A DNA stretch of 64,000 nucleotides from Chrysomallon squamiferum. Its lineage: Eukaryota; Animalia; Mollusca. Position 1 is the stretch's first letter, and the number at the start of each line of letters is the position of its first letter. The stretch is taken from assembly GCA_012295275.1 (NCBI GenBank), contig CM022665.1, positions 30,070,001 through 30,134,000 on the forward strand. The letters are read 5' to 3'. Below are positions 28,641 to 43,400 of this stretch, in pieces. The notes beneath the pieces are model-generated. The model was not told where the DNA came from, searched no databases, and saw only the letters and a list, made by a program, of their open reading frames with translations. The translations under genes were made by a program, and so were the position numbers.

Positions 28641-31600
28641 GACAACAGACTTTTTTCTTTTGTATATATAAAATTTCAATGTAATTTTATAATTATTTTA
28701 AAAATAATAATAATAATAAAAAATATGTATATTTTGAAAAGATTTCTTATACCATCTTTAATTAGCATTTATTTATTTATTTATTTGAAAATTAAACTTA
28801 TTAAAAATCTCAATGAAGAATTCACAAATCTAAATATATTTTTTCTAAATTAAATGTAAAAGTATGCAAACATTTAATATATTATTGTTATTTCTCTTTT
28901 GTATCCAAAAGCATATTCAGTACAATTTTATTTTCAATTTTCAGGGTAAATGGTTTCTGGAAGACCCTTCAGGGACGGTACAGATTGACTTAACAACTGC
29001 AGTATCCTTATCACATTTCTTTATTTTGAATTCAGAGGTTAGAGTTAAGTGGTTAGAAAGCTGGTTTGAGGAAAGAAGAACATCAGATCCAAGCCTTCTT
29101 AAGTGTGCCTATCAAATTATCTTATGTGCTTTTCCTTGTGTAAAAAAATGCATGTCCCATGCTGTTAATCAGTAAAAATAAGCTTTTGAAGTAATGTCTG
29201 GTTTTCTTTACATTATAAAGATATTAAGGATTATATTCATGTTATCTTTAGTATGTTGACAAGTCATATTCATCCATTCATTCATACCTTAAAGAGTCAA
29301 ATTATAATTCCATGATTTAGTTTATTTTTTATATGTTTACTCTGTTTGACTTCACTAATTATAATGAATTTAACTCAAATAAAATGAATATTTGTTTTCC
29401 TAAATTGGCTGTAGAGCTTCCACACAGGTTTGTTCACAGAGAACTCCTTTGTTCTTGCTGAAGGATGGTATGAGGATGGAATATTCCATGTCAATGCATT
29501 TGGTTTTCCACCTCCTGAACCAGCCAAAGTATCAAGGTTTTAAAAAATAATTATGTATTTTACTGATTTGTTTAATTTTGTGACTTAAAAAACAAATTTA
29601 ACAGATATTACTGCAGAGTTAAAATATACAATTTTTGTAAATAAATATTTGTAAGAAAAATTTGAAATATGCATATGTACACAGCTTAGATTAAGATATA
29701 CATTAAAATAATTACTTTTTTGTTTTTAATAATACAACCAAATTTTGTTACACATTTGGAAAATGGGGGCAAAGATCCATTATATTTAATTTCTATTCAT
29801 TTACAAACATTAACTTAGATTAAGATTTAAGTACAATTTTTTTTTATATAAAAATATAATGCAGATTTCATTAATTATAAGGTTAAGCATCAGTATATAT
29901 TTTTAAATTATAAAATCAAATATTTATGAATGTAATAACTGTAAGTGAAATTCAAAGATAGTATTTACATATTTATATGTAGATCTATTCAACAATATAT
30001 GTGTCATTTTGTTCAGTATCTTTGACCATCTTTAGACAGCTTCATGATTCTCTTCTTCCAGAACTTGGAATCTTTCTGGGTGACAAACAAACCAGACTTT
30101 CATGCTAACCCAGTATTATTGTTTATTTAGAGCCTATTTTGGTAACATTAACTTCTTTGGAGGTCCATCTTCAGTAAATGTGAAGTCATCAATGCGACTA
30201 AAGCAGATGGAAGAGGAAAATGAAGATGCCATGTTTGTGTTTCTTTCAGATGTCTGGCTTGATCAAATGAAGGTTAGGTTAAGCAATAATAAACTAATGA
30301 AACATTACTTTGTTAAATTTATTAATTTTTTTAAACCTTTTTCCATCATTAAATTTTATAACTGGTAAGAAGTAATTTTATTTTCAAAAGAAAAGAAAGG
30401 CTAAACCTTGTTCAAAGTACAGAGTTAATTAAATCTGGTGTCACAAATACATTAAATATGACAACAACAAAAACATAACTCAAGTGTTTTGTAAATATTT
30501 CTTAGACTAATAATATATGGAGATTGTTAAACTATTAGTTTTCACTCTGAAAAGTTAAATTATTGAATATTATTTTAATTTAATTATTTTTTTCAAACTT
30601 ATTTGGCTTAAATAATTTGGTTTCAAATAATACATTTTCATATTTACATAATTTTTTTTCTGTAACAACACAGTATATGGAACAGAAGATTTTTTTTTTT
30701 TTTTTTTTCCCCAGGTGTTAGAAAAATTAAAAGAACTCTTTAGAGGTTATTCTGAGTTTCCTCCTACATGTTTTGTTTTGTGTGGAAATTTCACATCAGC
30801 ACCACATGGCAATCACCATGTACATGTACTAAAAGGTAATTGTCACTTATATTAATATATGCATTTAAAATGAATGACTGGTTCCTTGTACCAGTCACTA
30901 AAATATCATATATATATATATATATATATGTTCTTATTTGAATTAAAATAAATTAAAAACATTCTTTTAATTATTTCTTTTTAATTTTTCTTTTAATTCA
31001 ATATGACAAATTGTATAAAAACATGCATTTGATTTACAAAGAAGAGGAAGGTAAATTTGTTATATGAATATCTTGTATTGCTGTTTATCCTTCATTTACT
31101 AGATTATTAATTTGTATGTAAAAAATATTTTTACACTATCATAAAGTTTTCTATATACATGTAAATATATTTGAAGAAAATAACTTGCTATCGTTTTGTC
31201 AGTGTGTATCTGGTAAATTTTAAAAATGGTTAATTTCAGAATCTTTTCACAACTTGGCTGAAATAATTAATGACTTTCCAACACTGAAAGATAACAGCCA
31301 GTTTGTTTTTGTTCCTGGTCCCCAAGACCCAGGTCCATCAACAATATTACCAAGGTAAGTTCATTCTTCTCTTTTCTTTTACTTTTTTTTAAAAATAAAA
31401 ATTCTGAAATAGAGTGCTTCATGTGGTTGGGGAAAAAAAATATGTATAAAGAATGAATAAATGTTGTTTTGTTTTCACAGAGATTTAATTTATCAGACAT
31501 TGTCGTGAAATATATTTGAATGATAAAAATCCATTTTCATTAGTGCACTGTTTTCAAAATGGTTTTTGGGTATATTTAAGATGGTTTAAAATAAATTAAT

Positions 31601-34600
31601 TACAGATACATGTACAATAAAAATAAATAAAAATAGGTACTATAGAAATTTGGTACGATACTGTAACTGGGGAGAAAAAAATTTGATTAACATAAAGCAG
31701 CATTGTGTTGTAATGGTCAATTAAAAAAGAGAGAGCAACAGTATAAAGTAATTAATATAGATGCAGTCATTTTCTGTTATTAATATAATTAATCTAATTT
31801 ATATTTTAGACCTGCAATTCCAGATTCAGTTGCCATGGAGATTAAAAAAAAGGTTCCAACAGCCATTTTTGCAAGTAATCCATGCAGAATACAGTACTGT
31901 ACACAGGAAATAATTGTTTTTAGAGAGGACATTGTCACTAAAATGTGTAGGAACTGTGTAAAATTTCCTTCAGATGGAGATGTACCAAAACATGTAAGTT
32001 GACACAAAATAAAACACAATAAAATTATTTAAAGTGTACCTTAGATAGTATTAATAAATACATTTGTTTGTTTGTTTATTTTTTCTTAATTATCACTTTC
32101 TTGTGGATTCTGGAATTATTTTCTCATATTTTTTGGCACACCATTTCAATTTAATTTATATTAAAAAAAAATTTCATTAATTGATGTGGTAATGCAAATG
32201 GCACATTCTTGTTTCTTAAATTTTATCTTTCATCATCATTTCATCTGATAGAGACTAAAAACAATTTTTTTTCTTCTGTTATTATATTTAGATACTGAAA
32301 AATGTTATGTATCTATCAGTAATTTGTATGTAACTTTTCACATAGCAACTTGAAGAAATTTATTATAAATTTTATTGAATTTAGCATTTTATAAATTACT
32401 GATAATATTGAAATTACAATATTTCAGTTTGCCAAGACTATCATCAGTCAGGCTCATCTGTGTCCACTACCTCTCCATGTGTGTCCAGTCTACTGGTCAT
32501 ACGATGATGCCCTCCGAGTCTACCCCCTCCCAGATGTTATTGTATGTGCTGACAAGTTCGATCCTTTTCACACAACTACTGTTGACTGCACTGTTATGAA
32601 TCCAGTAAGTGTTTTCTTTCTAAATATATATATTTTATTTATTTTTCTTAATTATTAATTACCTTTTTTATATTTTTTTTTAACAAGTTTATTCTGTTTG
32701 TTTTGGCATAACTAAATGTGCCATTTCATGCAGGAACTTTTTCCAAAGCCATGAAGAAATCCTATGAAGTTAATTTGTTTTGTTGTCTTTTCAAAGATTG
32801 TTTTCCATTTTAAATAATGTCTTTTCAGTATTAAATATGTTTAACATTTTAAAAATGTTTTGTTTTGTTTAATATGTGACCCTTAATATTTTAATTATAT
32901 TCTTTTTTATGAAACTACTTGTTAATTACATAATTATGAAGATTATTCTGTTTAACATAAGAAAATTGTTAAGTTTCATTTCTAACACAATTTAAGATAC
33001 ATTAAGGTCAAATATTGGGTTGCAACAAAAATTCACAGCTCTTTTAAAGTGAAATTCAAAAATAATATTTAGATATTAGTACACAGATTCATCCGACCAC
33101 ATATGTGCTATTTCATTCACCTTTCAGAATATGTGCATATGTCATATGTTTCAGTCATATATGAAACAAAATCACATAGCTACTGAAAAAATTGCTACAA
33201 AAATTAGTTTTGTAATAATAGTAATCATTTGTAATTGTAATAATAGTAATCATTAAACATAAGAAAAAATAAGAAATTTTGTTTCCTGAAGGCAGACATT
33301 TTTTTATCAGTTTAATTTTAATTATAAATCACAATATCAAGATTTGAAAGGTAATGGGATTAGAAATTGACCTTAAAATTTTTAACAGAACAGCAATAGA
33401 AAAAAATCAGATAATTCCCTGGCAATACTAATGACAGTAAATAGAAAGTTACAACTACAGTTAAATAATATAATGTTCAAGATGTGTTTAATTATTCATG
33501 ATATAGGGTAACTGTATATTTATTTATCTTTACTTTTCCTGTGTAACCTGACAAAAATGTCAGAATAACCTAAGGTTTTGATAAATATCCTGTGATAATT
33601 AATGTTAGTGAAATACCCTGATTGCAAATGGTTTGAATCACACGACAAATATTTGTAGAAAATGTGTTGAGATGAAAATGATTTCTCTCGGTATTAATGT
33701 TACTGTTGTATTTGTTAAATTCATCAATATGCATTTTCATATTAAATAATAATGTTTATTTATTGTTATATATATTAGCATTTCCAATTACTACTATACC
33801 AGTTCTTTATAGAATATATTCTATAAATATGTAACTTGCCTATATAGCACTAGTAATGTGTGTATGCATATATGCACACATGCGTGCAAATTTGCATGTA
33901 TATCAATATGATAGTGTGAGAATCAGAGACCTCAGATGGGAAAAGTAACAGGAAGAACAACATTTACTGCAAGAAAATAAATAAATCTTACTGGACAAAT
34001 CAATTTTATCTTCAAATGTTAAACATTTTTTTAAATGTGAAATAATGAAATGCCATTAAGATTCCCACACAAATGAATGAAAGATCAATATTGATATGGA
34101 TTTTTATTCTAAGGGATCACCTTCATTTGATAATTAAAAAAGAAAACTACATTTATTATCCTTTTTAAACAATAATTTGAGTTTGTAATTTATTGAATAC
34201 GTGCAGTGTGGTATAATAGCATTGGCACGAACCTAATAATTATATGCCATATACCTGTTAAATTTATTTTTTTATTTTTATTTTTAAGGATAAAATTTAT
34301 CAAAAAAAGCTTTGCAAGCTAGCAGTAATAGATTATTCAAGTATAAATAATTTAAAGGTTACATTATTATTAGAAGTTTTTTGAGCTGTTTATTGGTTTA
34401 TTTATTTATTTATTTATTTTTTAAGATGTAATAGTAAAGTAATAGCAGTGGTAACTAAATGTATGAACTAGTAGTAATAAGTAAAAGTATGTAGTAGTAG
34501 TAGTAGTAGGAGTGGGTAATAGCAGTTAGTCTAAAGTAGTAAAAATAGTGGAGTAATATTAGGGGTACGCAGTAATAGATAGTAGTTAATAGTAGTGAAA

Positions 34601-37431
34601 ACAGTAGGTAGTGGTATCAGTTATAGTAGCTAGTAGTGGTAGTGATGTTTATTGTAATAAATAAAAAAATAAAAAATCAGGTTTCAAAAAAGAAATGAAA
34701 GATCATTATGTCTGGGTTGGCAAATAACTATAATTTTATAGTCTACCTTTGTGTTATGTCATCTACAGGTACATGCAAAATATACTTAAAATGTCTGGAT
34801 ATATATTAATGTGGTTTAGGTTATTTCTTATCAGTAAAAGGTTTCTTTGGGTCATTCCGTGTCAAATCACCCAAAAAAAGAAGAAATTTAAACCCGACCG
34901 TCTCAGATTTTTATGAAACTTTGTATACTTGTTGACTGGGATCCCACAGCACCAAATCTGAAATATTAGCTCAATCAGACCAGTGGTGTGGGAGATACGG
35001 CCCACCGAATTTTGAGATTTTTGCCAAAAATGGGTGTGACCACCAACCTTAGAACCCTCATATCTCAGGAACTACTGGGCCAATCTTCATAAAATCGGTA
35101 TTGTTAGAAAGGCAAAATGACAAGGATTCCAAATCTGCCATTTTTGTTTAGTTTGGAAAATATTGGAGTACCTTGACCTTTTGACCTTTGCTATGACCTT
35201 GAAATTGACCGTGTGGATCACGTGATCTTCAGATGACCTTTAGTGAAATTTAATCTCCCACATGTTAACTAAAACATATAAAAGTTTCCTGGGTGTAATA
35301 TTTTTTGTTTAGCCACAATATAGATTTAAAAAATGCACATACATGAAAATAACACCTTTTCAGCCATTAACATCTGATTAACTAAAACCTGAATGATCAA
35401 TTCTGGATGCTAGGAATCACCATCTCTCTTGATCATCGAGTAAGACATTGTAGGCCTACATGTATGCATAAAGTTCACATATAAAAGTTTCCTGAGTATA
35501 ATATTTTTTGTTTAGCCATAATAGAGATTTAAAAAAATGCATACCTGCATGGATGATTGATACAATGCATTACAATGTACATTTTCTCTGAGACTAAAAA
35601 CTCATCTTTGGAGTTAAAACCCACCTGACATGTCTGAAGGAATGCCTGAAGGATATGAAAAGATGCCAAATGGCATGACATGTTCTACACAATCAGGCTC
35701 AAAGGGTTAACAGGAAGTGATGCTTCAGGCAGGTCAGGAACTCCTTTAGATTCCCTGGTGCAATCCCCATTGAGCACATGGCAATTAGAAGTTTAAGACA
35801 AAGAAGTTTCTTCATTTGCATTTCTTTGACAATCTGAAGCTTTTTAAGTTGGACACAATGTCAGATGTTGATATATAAACAATATTTTTATTTCATAAAA
35901 CCTATTAAGTAATTTTATCATGTCATGTGGGCCTTGCCATTGGTTTTGAACAAGGTTTCAGTCAACAACAGTACAACCCAGTCTGAAATCAGACGTCATC
36001 AAGTGATGTACTGCATAATGTATTTGTACACCCAGTCTTCAGCACAGAGTATGAACAAGGTCTACTTCACCTTAATAAACTGTGAACAAGAACTTTTCAT
36101 CAAATTTTCAACATTGCAGAAAAACTGTTGTGATCTCCTTAATCGCCACCCTGAGCAAGCACGCACTAGATCTTTAAGAATTGTTAGCGTGGGCACTTAC
36201 AAATGCTTAGTAAATCCTTCAAAGACACTAGTGCCAGGAGACAAGTTGTGCTGTGACTGTCTGATTACCCTTCAGAAATCAAAGGTCCTGCAGAGGATGG
36301 CTTTAGTATGGGTGGTATTACAATGGGAGAATTTGGTGATAACTTGCCAGACAAATCGCTGGTTGTTGTTTCCCCAGAAAAGGACTTTGATTTGAATTCT
36401 ATTCTGTCGAGTTTAGGCGAAACTCCTGTCAAACTCCATTCACTAGCACGTTCCAGTAAATGAATGAAAGGACAGAAAAAAACTAGCATCAGCTACAGTA
36501 ACATTAAAATGACATCTTAATGTCTGAATCCTACCCAGAGCGTGTGCAAATCTTGATTTTGTCACCCTTTACAATCTCTATTATGGCTAAACAAAAAAAA
36601 TATTATACCCAGGAAACTTTTATATGTGAACTTTATGCATACATGTAAAATACAATGTCTTACTCGATGATTAAGAGAGATGGTGATTCCTAGCATCCAG
36701 AATTGATCATTCAGGTTTTAGTTAATCAGATGTTAATGGCTGAAAAGGTGTTATTTTCATGTATGTGCATTTTTTAAATCTATATTGTGGCTAAACAAAA
36801 AATATTACACCCAGGAAACTTTTATATGTTTTAGTTAACATGTGGGAGATTAAATTTCACTAAAGGTCATCTGAAGATCACGTGATCCACACGGTCAATT
36901 TCAAGGTCATAGCAAAGGTCAAAAGGTCAAGGTACTCCAATATTTTCCAAACTAAACAAAAATGGCAGATTTGGAATCCTTGTCATTTTGCCTTTCTAAC
37001 AATACCGATTTTATGAAGATTGGCCCAGTAGTTCCTGAGATATGAGGGTTCTAAGGTTGGTGGTCACACCCATTTTTGGCAAAAATCTCAAAATTCGGTG
37101 GGCCGTATCTCCCACACCACTGGTCTGATTGAGCTAACATTTCAGATTTGGTGCTGTGGGATCCCAGTCAACAAGTATACAAAGTTTCATAAAAATCTGA
37201 GACGGTCGGGTTTAAACCATTGGGTGATTTGACACGGAATGACCCCTTTGCATATGTGAGTATATTCATTTGTGTTTGTGTGTTGCATACATGTTTTTAT
37301 TTATGTATAATTGTTGTTGCTTTCAAGAAATAATTCTTAATAGATTTGCCTAAATATTAAATTCACGTTAATTATTGTAAATATTTCCCTCTTCTTTTTT
37401 TTTCCCTTCTTTTTTTCTTTCTTTATTTTTA

Positions 37432-37487
<56 letters not shown>

Positions 37488-40400
37488 TTTTGTATGTGTT
37501 TGTGTTTGTTAAAACATATGTATGCAGGTATACAGAATATGTATAGATACAAACATAATATGCATATTTGTTCTAACTTCTTTAATATCTTTGCTCTTTT
37601 GTATACAGTTTGTTCTTTTTTAAAAAAGCCAAAACAATTAGTCTACAAACACTAGGAAAAAAAAAGAAGAAATTGTAAAAATATATAAATTTAGTACAGA
37701 AGCACTGCAGAAAGTTGCAGAAACAAAAAAAAAAAAAAAAATAGTGAGTGAAAAGTTCATAGAGATTATAAATGGAGTACTTAAAGTTAAAAAGTTCAAA
37801 CACTGATAATATATAGGACACTGACATTCACTTTTTTAAATTTAATTTTTTTTAATGAGAGGTAAACTATTTACCTGTGTGTTCCATTTACAAACTTACT
37901 GCTCAGTTTACTGGAATATTAATTTTAAAATAAGACATTTAAAAATTTAATTATGTTGTTGAAATGGCTGAGTATATGTTTTGTGTCTAAATGCAGAATA
38001 ATCCATAAAAAAAAAAAAACTTATTTATTTGTATAATGGATGCTTTAAATTTAAAATAATGTAATTAAATGTTTAAAATCTATGTATATCTGTTTAATAG
38101 AGCTCTGTTTAATAGCTTTTTTTTTTTTTTTCTCTCCCCATTTCAATGCAGTGAAACTTGTATGTAAATATCTTGTTTTATCCTAACAGTAACGTCTTAA
38201 AGCAGGTGTTTGTTTGTTTGTTTGTTGTTGTTGTAGTTGTCATTCTTGTTCTTTATTTCATTTCATTTATTTATTTATTTATTTCAGTTTTATCCTTTAT
38301 AGGATAATTTAGATAGTAAAGGAATCATTAGAAAATTAAGAAAAATTTAGACACATAACTTGTATAAAATAATCTGAATTATCTGAACCATGCAGCTGGT
38401 ATATTTATTTTTATTATTATTATTATTATTTTTTTTTTTTTATCCTATTATAATCAGAACCAGACAATTGGATTTTTTTTTTTTTCAGTTGTTGTTTTTT
38501 GGTTTTGTTTTTCTCTCTGTCTCTGTCTCTTCTTTTTATTATTGAATTTTTTTATTATTTTGTTTTCTTGGCATATTTTCAAATATGTTTTTCTTATAAA
38601 CAGGTGAACAGATGCATTATCTGATTTCATTATTTGCATGCAGTACATAAATATTAATTATTTGGGGCTATAAATCCTAGGTGATAAACTGCTCGAAATA
38701 ACATGAAATTGGTTTGTTTTGTTAGATGCAGTGGATTGGTAAGGTCACTAGTAATTTGAGACGCTGTTACCTTTTGACAAGCAGAATCATTATTGTTATG
38801 AATGGGTTAAAAGTAAGGGCAACAACCTTGGTTGCAGAAATTTTATACATCAAGTTTTTGAAAGAAGTAATAAGATTTTTAAACAGTTTATTTTTATGGG
38901 CTTTTTTTTTTTTTTTTTTTTTCTTCCCTATTCCAGTAATGGGCAGAAAAAAAGAAGAAGAAAAAACATTTATAGAGCTGCAGACATTCCCCTTGTGGTC
39001 ATTGTTGGTATATGGTGAACATGTTTTCTTAACCAGTAATTGTTCAATTCATTATTATTTAAATTATTCATACATGTTGTATAAGCACTGGAATATTTAA
39101 TATTATTTAAAACATCTGTTTTATCTGTATTAATATTAATAGCTGGTATAATAATAATTTTTTTCATAAACTGAATTTTAGAAAACGTAACATTAAAATG
39201 TGAAATATAATGTCATTAGATTTTATTTAGTTGATTTATTTTTATGTATGTTTTAATTTAATTTCTTACATTACATACCTAACACTTCATTATCACTTCA
39301 CTCTATGTGTGTGTAAACTTCATATGAAATTTTCATATATCAGAACTTAAAATTTGAGAAATAAAATTAAAAAGTGAAAATCTATACACTTCAAAATGTC
39401 TAGACATTGATATGGTAAATGAACCAGTTGATGATTCAGTGATTTTAGCGATTTCTATAATGAATTAATTCAGCTAGACTGGAAAATTCCATTTTCTGCT
39501 GAATGAAATACTTTCATTTATAATTTTTTAAGTAATACATCCAACATAAATAAGTTAATTATGTTATCTGTTACATTAGAAAAAGTGAAATATGTCTGCT
39601 AATTAGATGGGAAATGGGTGCCAGAATCTCAGTTACGTTTCAATTGCTACTTTTTTTCCAAATAATTAGTGGCAAAGAATCTTTTACTTGTGATTTCATA
39701 AACACAGGAATTCTATTACATAATTACATGAAAATTAAATGCTGAAATGACCTAATACTGGTAATATGCTTTACCACATTGTTTTCCTTTGAAACTCAGT
39801 TTAAAGATTTATTTTGGTAAAAAATAAGGCTTATAAAATTGTTAGATGTTTTATTAAAGCTACAGTCATTGAATTGTTTGTATAAAAAAACACAAAAAAA
39901 CCCACACAAAAACTAAAAGTAACATGAAAAACATTACAATGATTTAAAAATTTTTATTTAATCTTTTAACTACAGTGAGATACCTAGATTTTCTGAATTG
40001 TTGAAGTATAGAAATATATTTTATGTACTGTATGATTGTTGTATTTCCCTAGGATTAAAACACACACACACACACACACACACACGCATGCATGCATGCA
40101 CACAGACATACACATACATGACAGTTAAAGGTTTGTTGTACCTGCTACTGAGAATATTTAGCATCTTACTTAAATCAGCTTTTTAATAATAGTGAATATC
40201 AAGAGATGGCATCAGGCAGTTTTTAACTACATAGTAAATATATCCTGGCTACTAAACTTCTGATGAAGAGTCTTGTGTTTTGAAACAGAAAATGCATATC
40301 AGAAAAATAACATGTTACTGTAATGGTTCAAAGAAAAGCTCCACCAAAGCCTTTCACATTGTCCAACTCAATAAATTAGCACTGACTTTTTCTTTCTCAG

Positions 40401-43400
40401 TTTAATGAAATTAGATAAGATACTTTATCATGAAACAACTGAAATCATTTATTAAATATCACTTACTTGACATTAAACAGAATGTTGTTTTAATGATTTA
40501 TATCCTTCACTTCATAACTACATTGTTCAGAAAGTAAAATGTCACCAATTAGTACAGATGGAAGGGTCAGTGACAGATCTTGATTTTGAGCTCAATTTAT
40601 TAATGACATTTTACAGTGACATTTTAAAAATAACCAAAATTATTGTTTTTGAGTGATAAAAAAAGTTTTTGAAAGAAGTAGTAAGATTTTTTTATTATTA
40701 TTTATTTTTTTACATTCCAGTAATGGGGGGGGAGAAGAAAATTTGTTGTTATTGTTGGTATATGGTGAACATGTTTTCTTAATCAATAACAATAACTGTT
40801 TAATTCATTATTATTTAAGTTTTATATTCTGTTGACTATTGATTTTATGGACGTCGGTTAAGCAGATTTGGGGAAATCCAAACTAAATCTGGAAAAAAAA
40901 AAAAAAAAAAAAAAAATCTGCCATTTCCTGCTTGAAACTTGTGTCTAGGTACTATTAAGATATTCTGAGTCCCATGGTTACAATCATGGCAACCTTTTCT
41001 CAATCCACTTTACATCAAGAGTAACCATAACATCCTAACCTAACAAAATGTACCCAACCTACTCCACATTTTATTACTTTGTATTTTTCTTTATATATAC
41101 TATATGTCATTTGTTTACATTGTTTTTATTAGATATTGTTCTTTCATTATTACATTACTATATTATATAGCTTTTACATGTACTAAAGTTTACCATTCTG
41201 GTAAATTTTATGGTTAATGTTACATTCGTTATTTCCCAGACTTTTGCATTATCCTGACCATTAGTCATTAGTCCATAAAATCAGGGGTCAACAGTAATTG
41301 CACATAGCACAAATTCCAGTATTAAAATTTGCTTTTGTTGCAGTGATGATGGACAATGATGATGGACATGATGATGTCACATGTTATCACTAATCACTGT
41401 TCTGTTAACACACATGCAGGTTTTATTATTTATATAACCTTGATTCACTCACTCTACATTTAAATTATAATTACTAATTTTTACATTTTTTTTTTCTTTC
41501 AAGCTTGTATTTATTGAGATAAATAATTAAAATAATGTTAATTGGTACAAATAATGACACCAAGCTGGCCAGAGTCGATTGGTTATTAGACAAATTCCTA
41601 ACACATGATGGGTTACATGCTCAGTTCATGGAATTGTAACAAAAAAAACAAAAATCTCTATTAACTGCAAACTAATATCTCACACAGTGTGACTAAAGAA
41701 GGTTTTATCTTTCATTGGCTACATGATTTTTAACACTATGCATGATGTCTAATAGCTGTAAATAAAAAAGGTTTTAGTGCATTGTTAAATATTCCCTCTT
41801 TCTTTCATTTTCTTTATATTGTATTACATTTTATTTGATTTTTGATGGATTTGTACAGTTCATACATTTAGCTCTGTAAAACCTAATCTCCAGTACATTT
41901 TTATTTTCAGCAGTTGCTAAACATTTAATCATTCCTCACTTCTTCTTTATTTTTTATTATTATTATCATTATTTTTTTTTTTTTACTTGTTGTTGTTGTT
42001 ACTGTTGCCCACATAAAATACAGCACACAACAACAAAAAAAGAGTCTATTTTTCTTTGTAAATTATTTATTGATTAGTTTCAAAACACTTACATATTTAA
42101 ACATTCAAATAACTAAAACAACACAAATGATTCTAATGTATTTGTTAATTTTCCTCGATATTTGAGAAATATTATTAATGGCTGTATAAAATTTTAGTTG
42201 TTGTTGCTCTTCACTCCAGATTTTGTTAAATTTTAATTTGATACTGAAAATGAATGCAGTTATTATTATTTATTTATTTATTATATTATTGTTGTTGTTC
42301 TTGTTGTTATTATTTGAAATGTACAGAGATGTTATTAAAATATCTTATTTTAGAATTATTGTTCTTTGCAGGTAAAGGATATTTTGCAGTTATTTTTGAT
42401 TGTTGTTGAAATTTTATTATATTTTGATGTAATGTGGAATTGGTTTTACAATTATTACAGTTTAACATATTGCAAAGGGGTGAAAGGTTCCTGCAGTGAC
42501 ATCAAACATTATAATCACCCATTCACTTTAACATAAAATTTTATTGAATTTTGGTATAATACTAATTTATGTTTATTGGTCATTTTACTAAGTATTTTGT
42601 TATATTTTTGTTTGATGCTGAATGTGTTACTGCTCTTTTCTTCTAAAGATGTTTTGGTATAATTCTGAACTTGTTTTAGAGTCAATGTCAGATAACATTT
42701 TTTGTATAATGCTTTAGTTTTCATCTTTAAGGTCATTTTGTACATACTGTGTCCATTTATTGAATTTTTGTCCTTGTATAGATGATCTTCTCATAGAAAC
42801 TCTCTTAGGAAGGCTTTGTTTATACCTAAAATAGAACCTTGGAGATTTCTTTGATTTAGCACATTCAGTTGTTAGCTGCTGGTAAACAGTGCGTATTCAA
42901 ATCTGTTTGCCATTTTGAACTGACCAATCACATGAATCAGTTGTTGTTTTTTGTGTTACTTGACCTCATTCTGACATCATCCAATCAGAAGAGTTTCCTT
43001 GAACAACTTTTTAACCAACATGTTAAAATGTTTGGTTTTCAGATAGATCTTGTGGATGACATTGGACGATTTATTTGAATTTTTCCATCTACATCGCAGC
43101 CTAGATGTATGATGGATGACATTGTGTGGTTTTTCACCTGGAATGTAGTTAATCTGGAAAACCATTAATCTGTTTGTATTGATGACAGTGCTATTTGGGA
43201 TTAAATATTATTTTGTTAATTTGGTTATGAATGCTTGTTTTTAAATAATTGAGGAATTTACATGTAGATAGAGAAATTTTAAATTCACACTAGTTACCTA
43301 TATTGCAGTTATTATCACTTTCCATGCACATGATATTTAATATTAACCAAAAAAATAATTTCATTATATATATATATATATTTATTTATTACTTTTATGT

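Noticed and set aside
28581-28853. F/I/L-rich short ORFs here and at 37337, 54085, 60671, 61336, 61632 and 63044
   Set aside because: They translate poly-T, microsatellite or minisatellite DNA; only the part of 60671-60958 overlapping the lipocalin exon is real.
35925-36395. 156-aa ORF as a host gene
   Set aside because: It lies between transposon TIRs and is a frameshifted transposase N-terminal remnant.
41340-41400. Imperfect hairpin with RTGATGA motifs (possible snoRNA or miRNA)
   Set aside because: Built from short tandem 'atgatgatggac' repeats, with no positioned D box, a weak stem and no recognisable mature miRNA.
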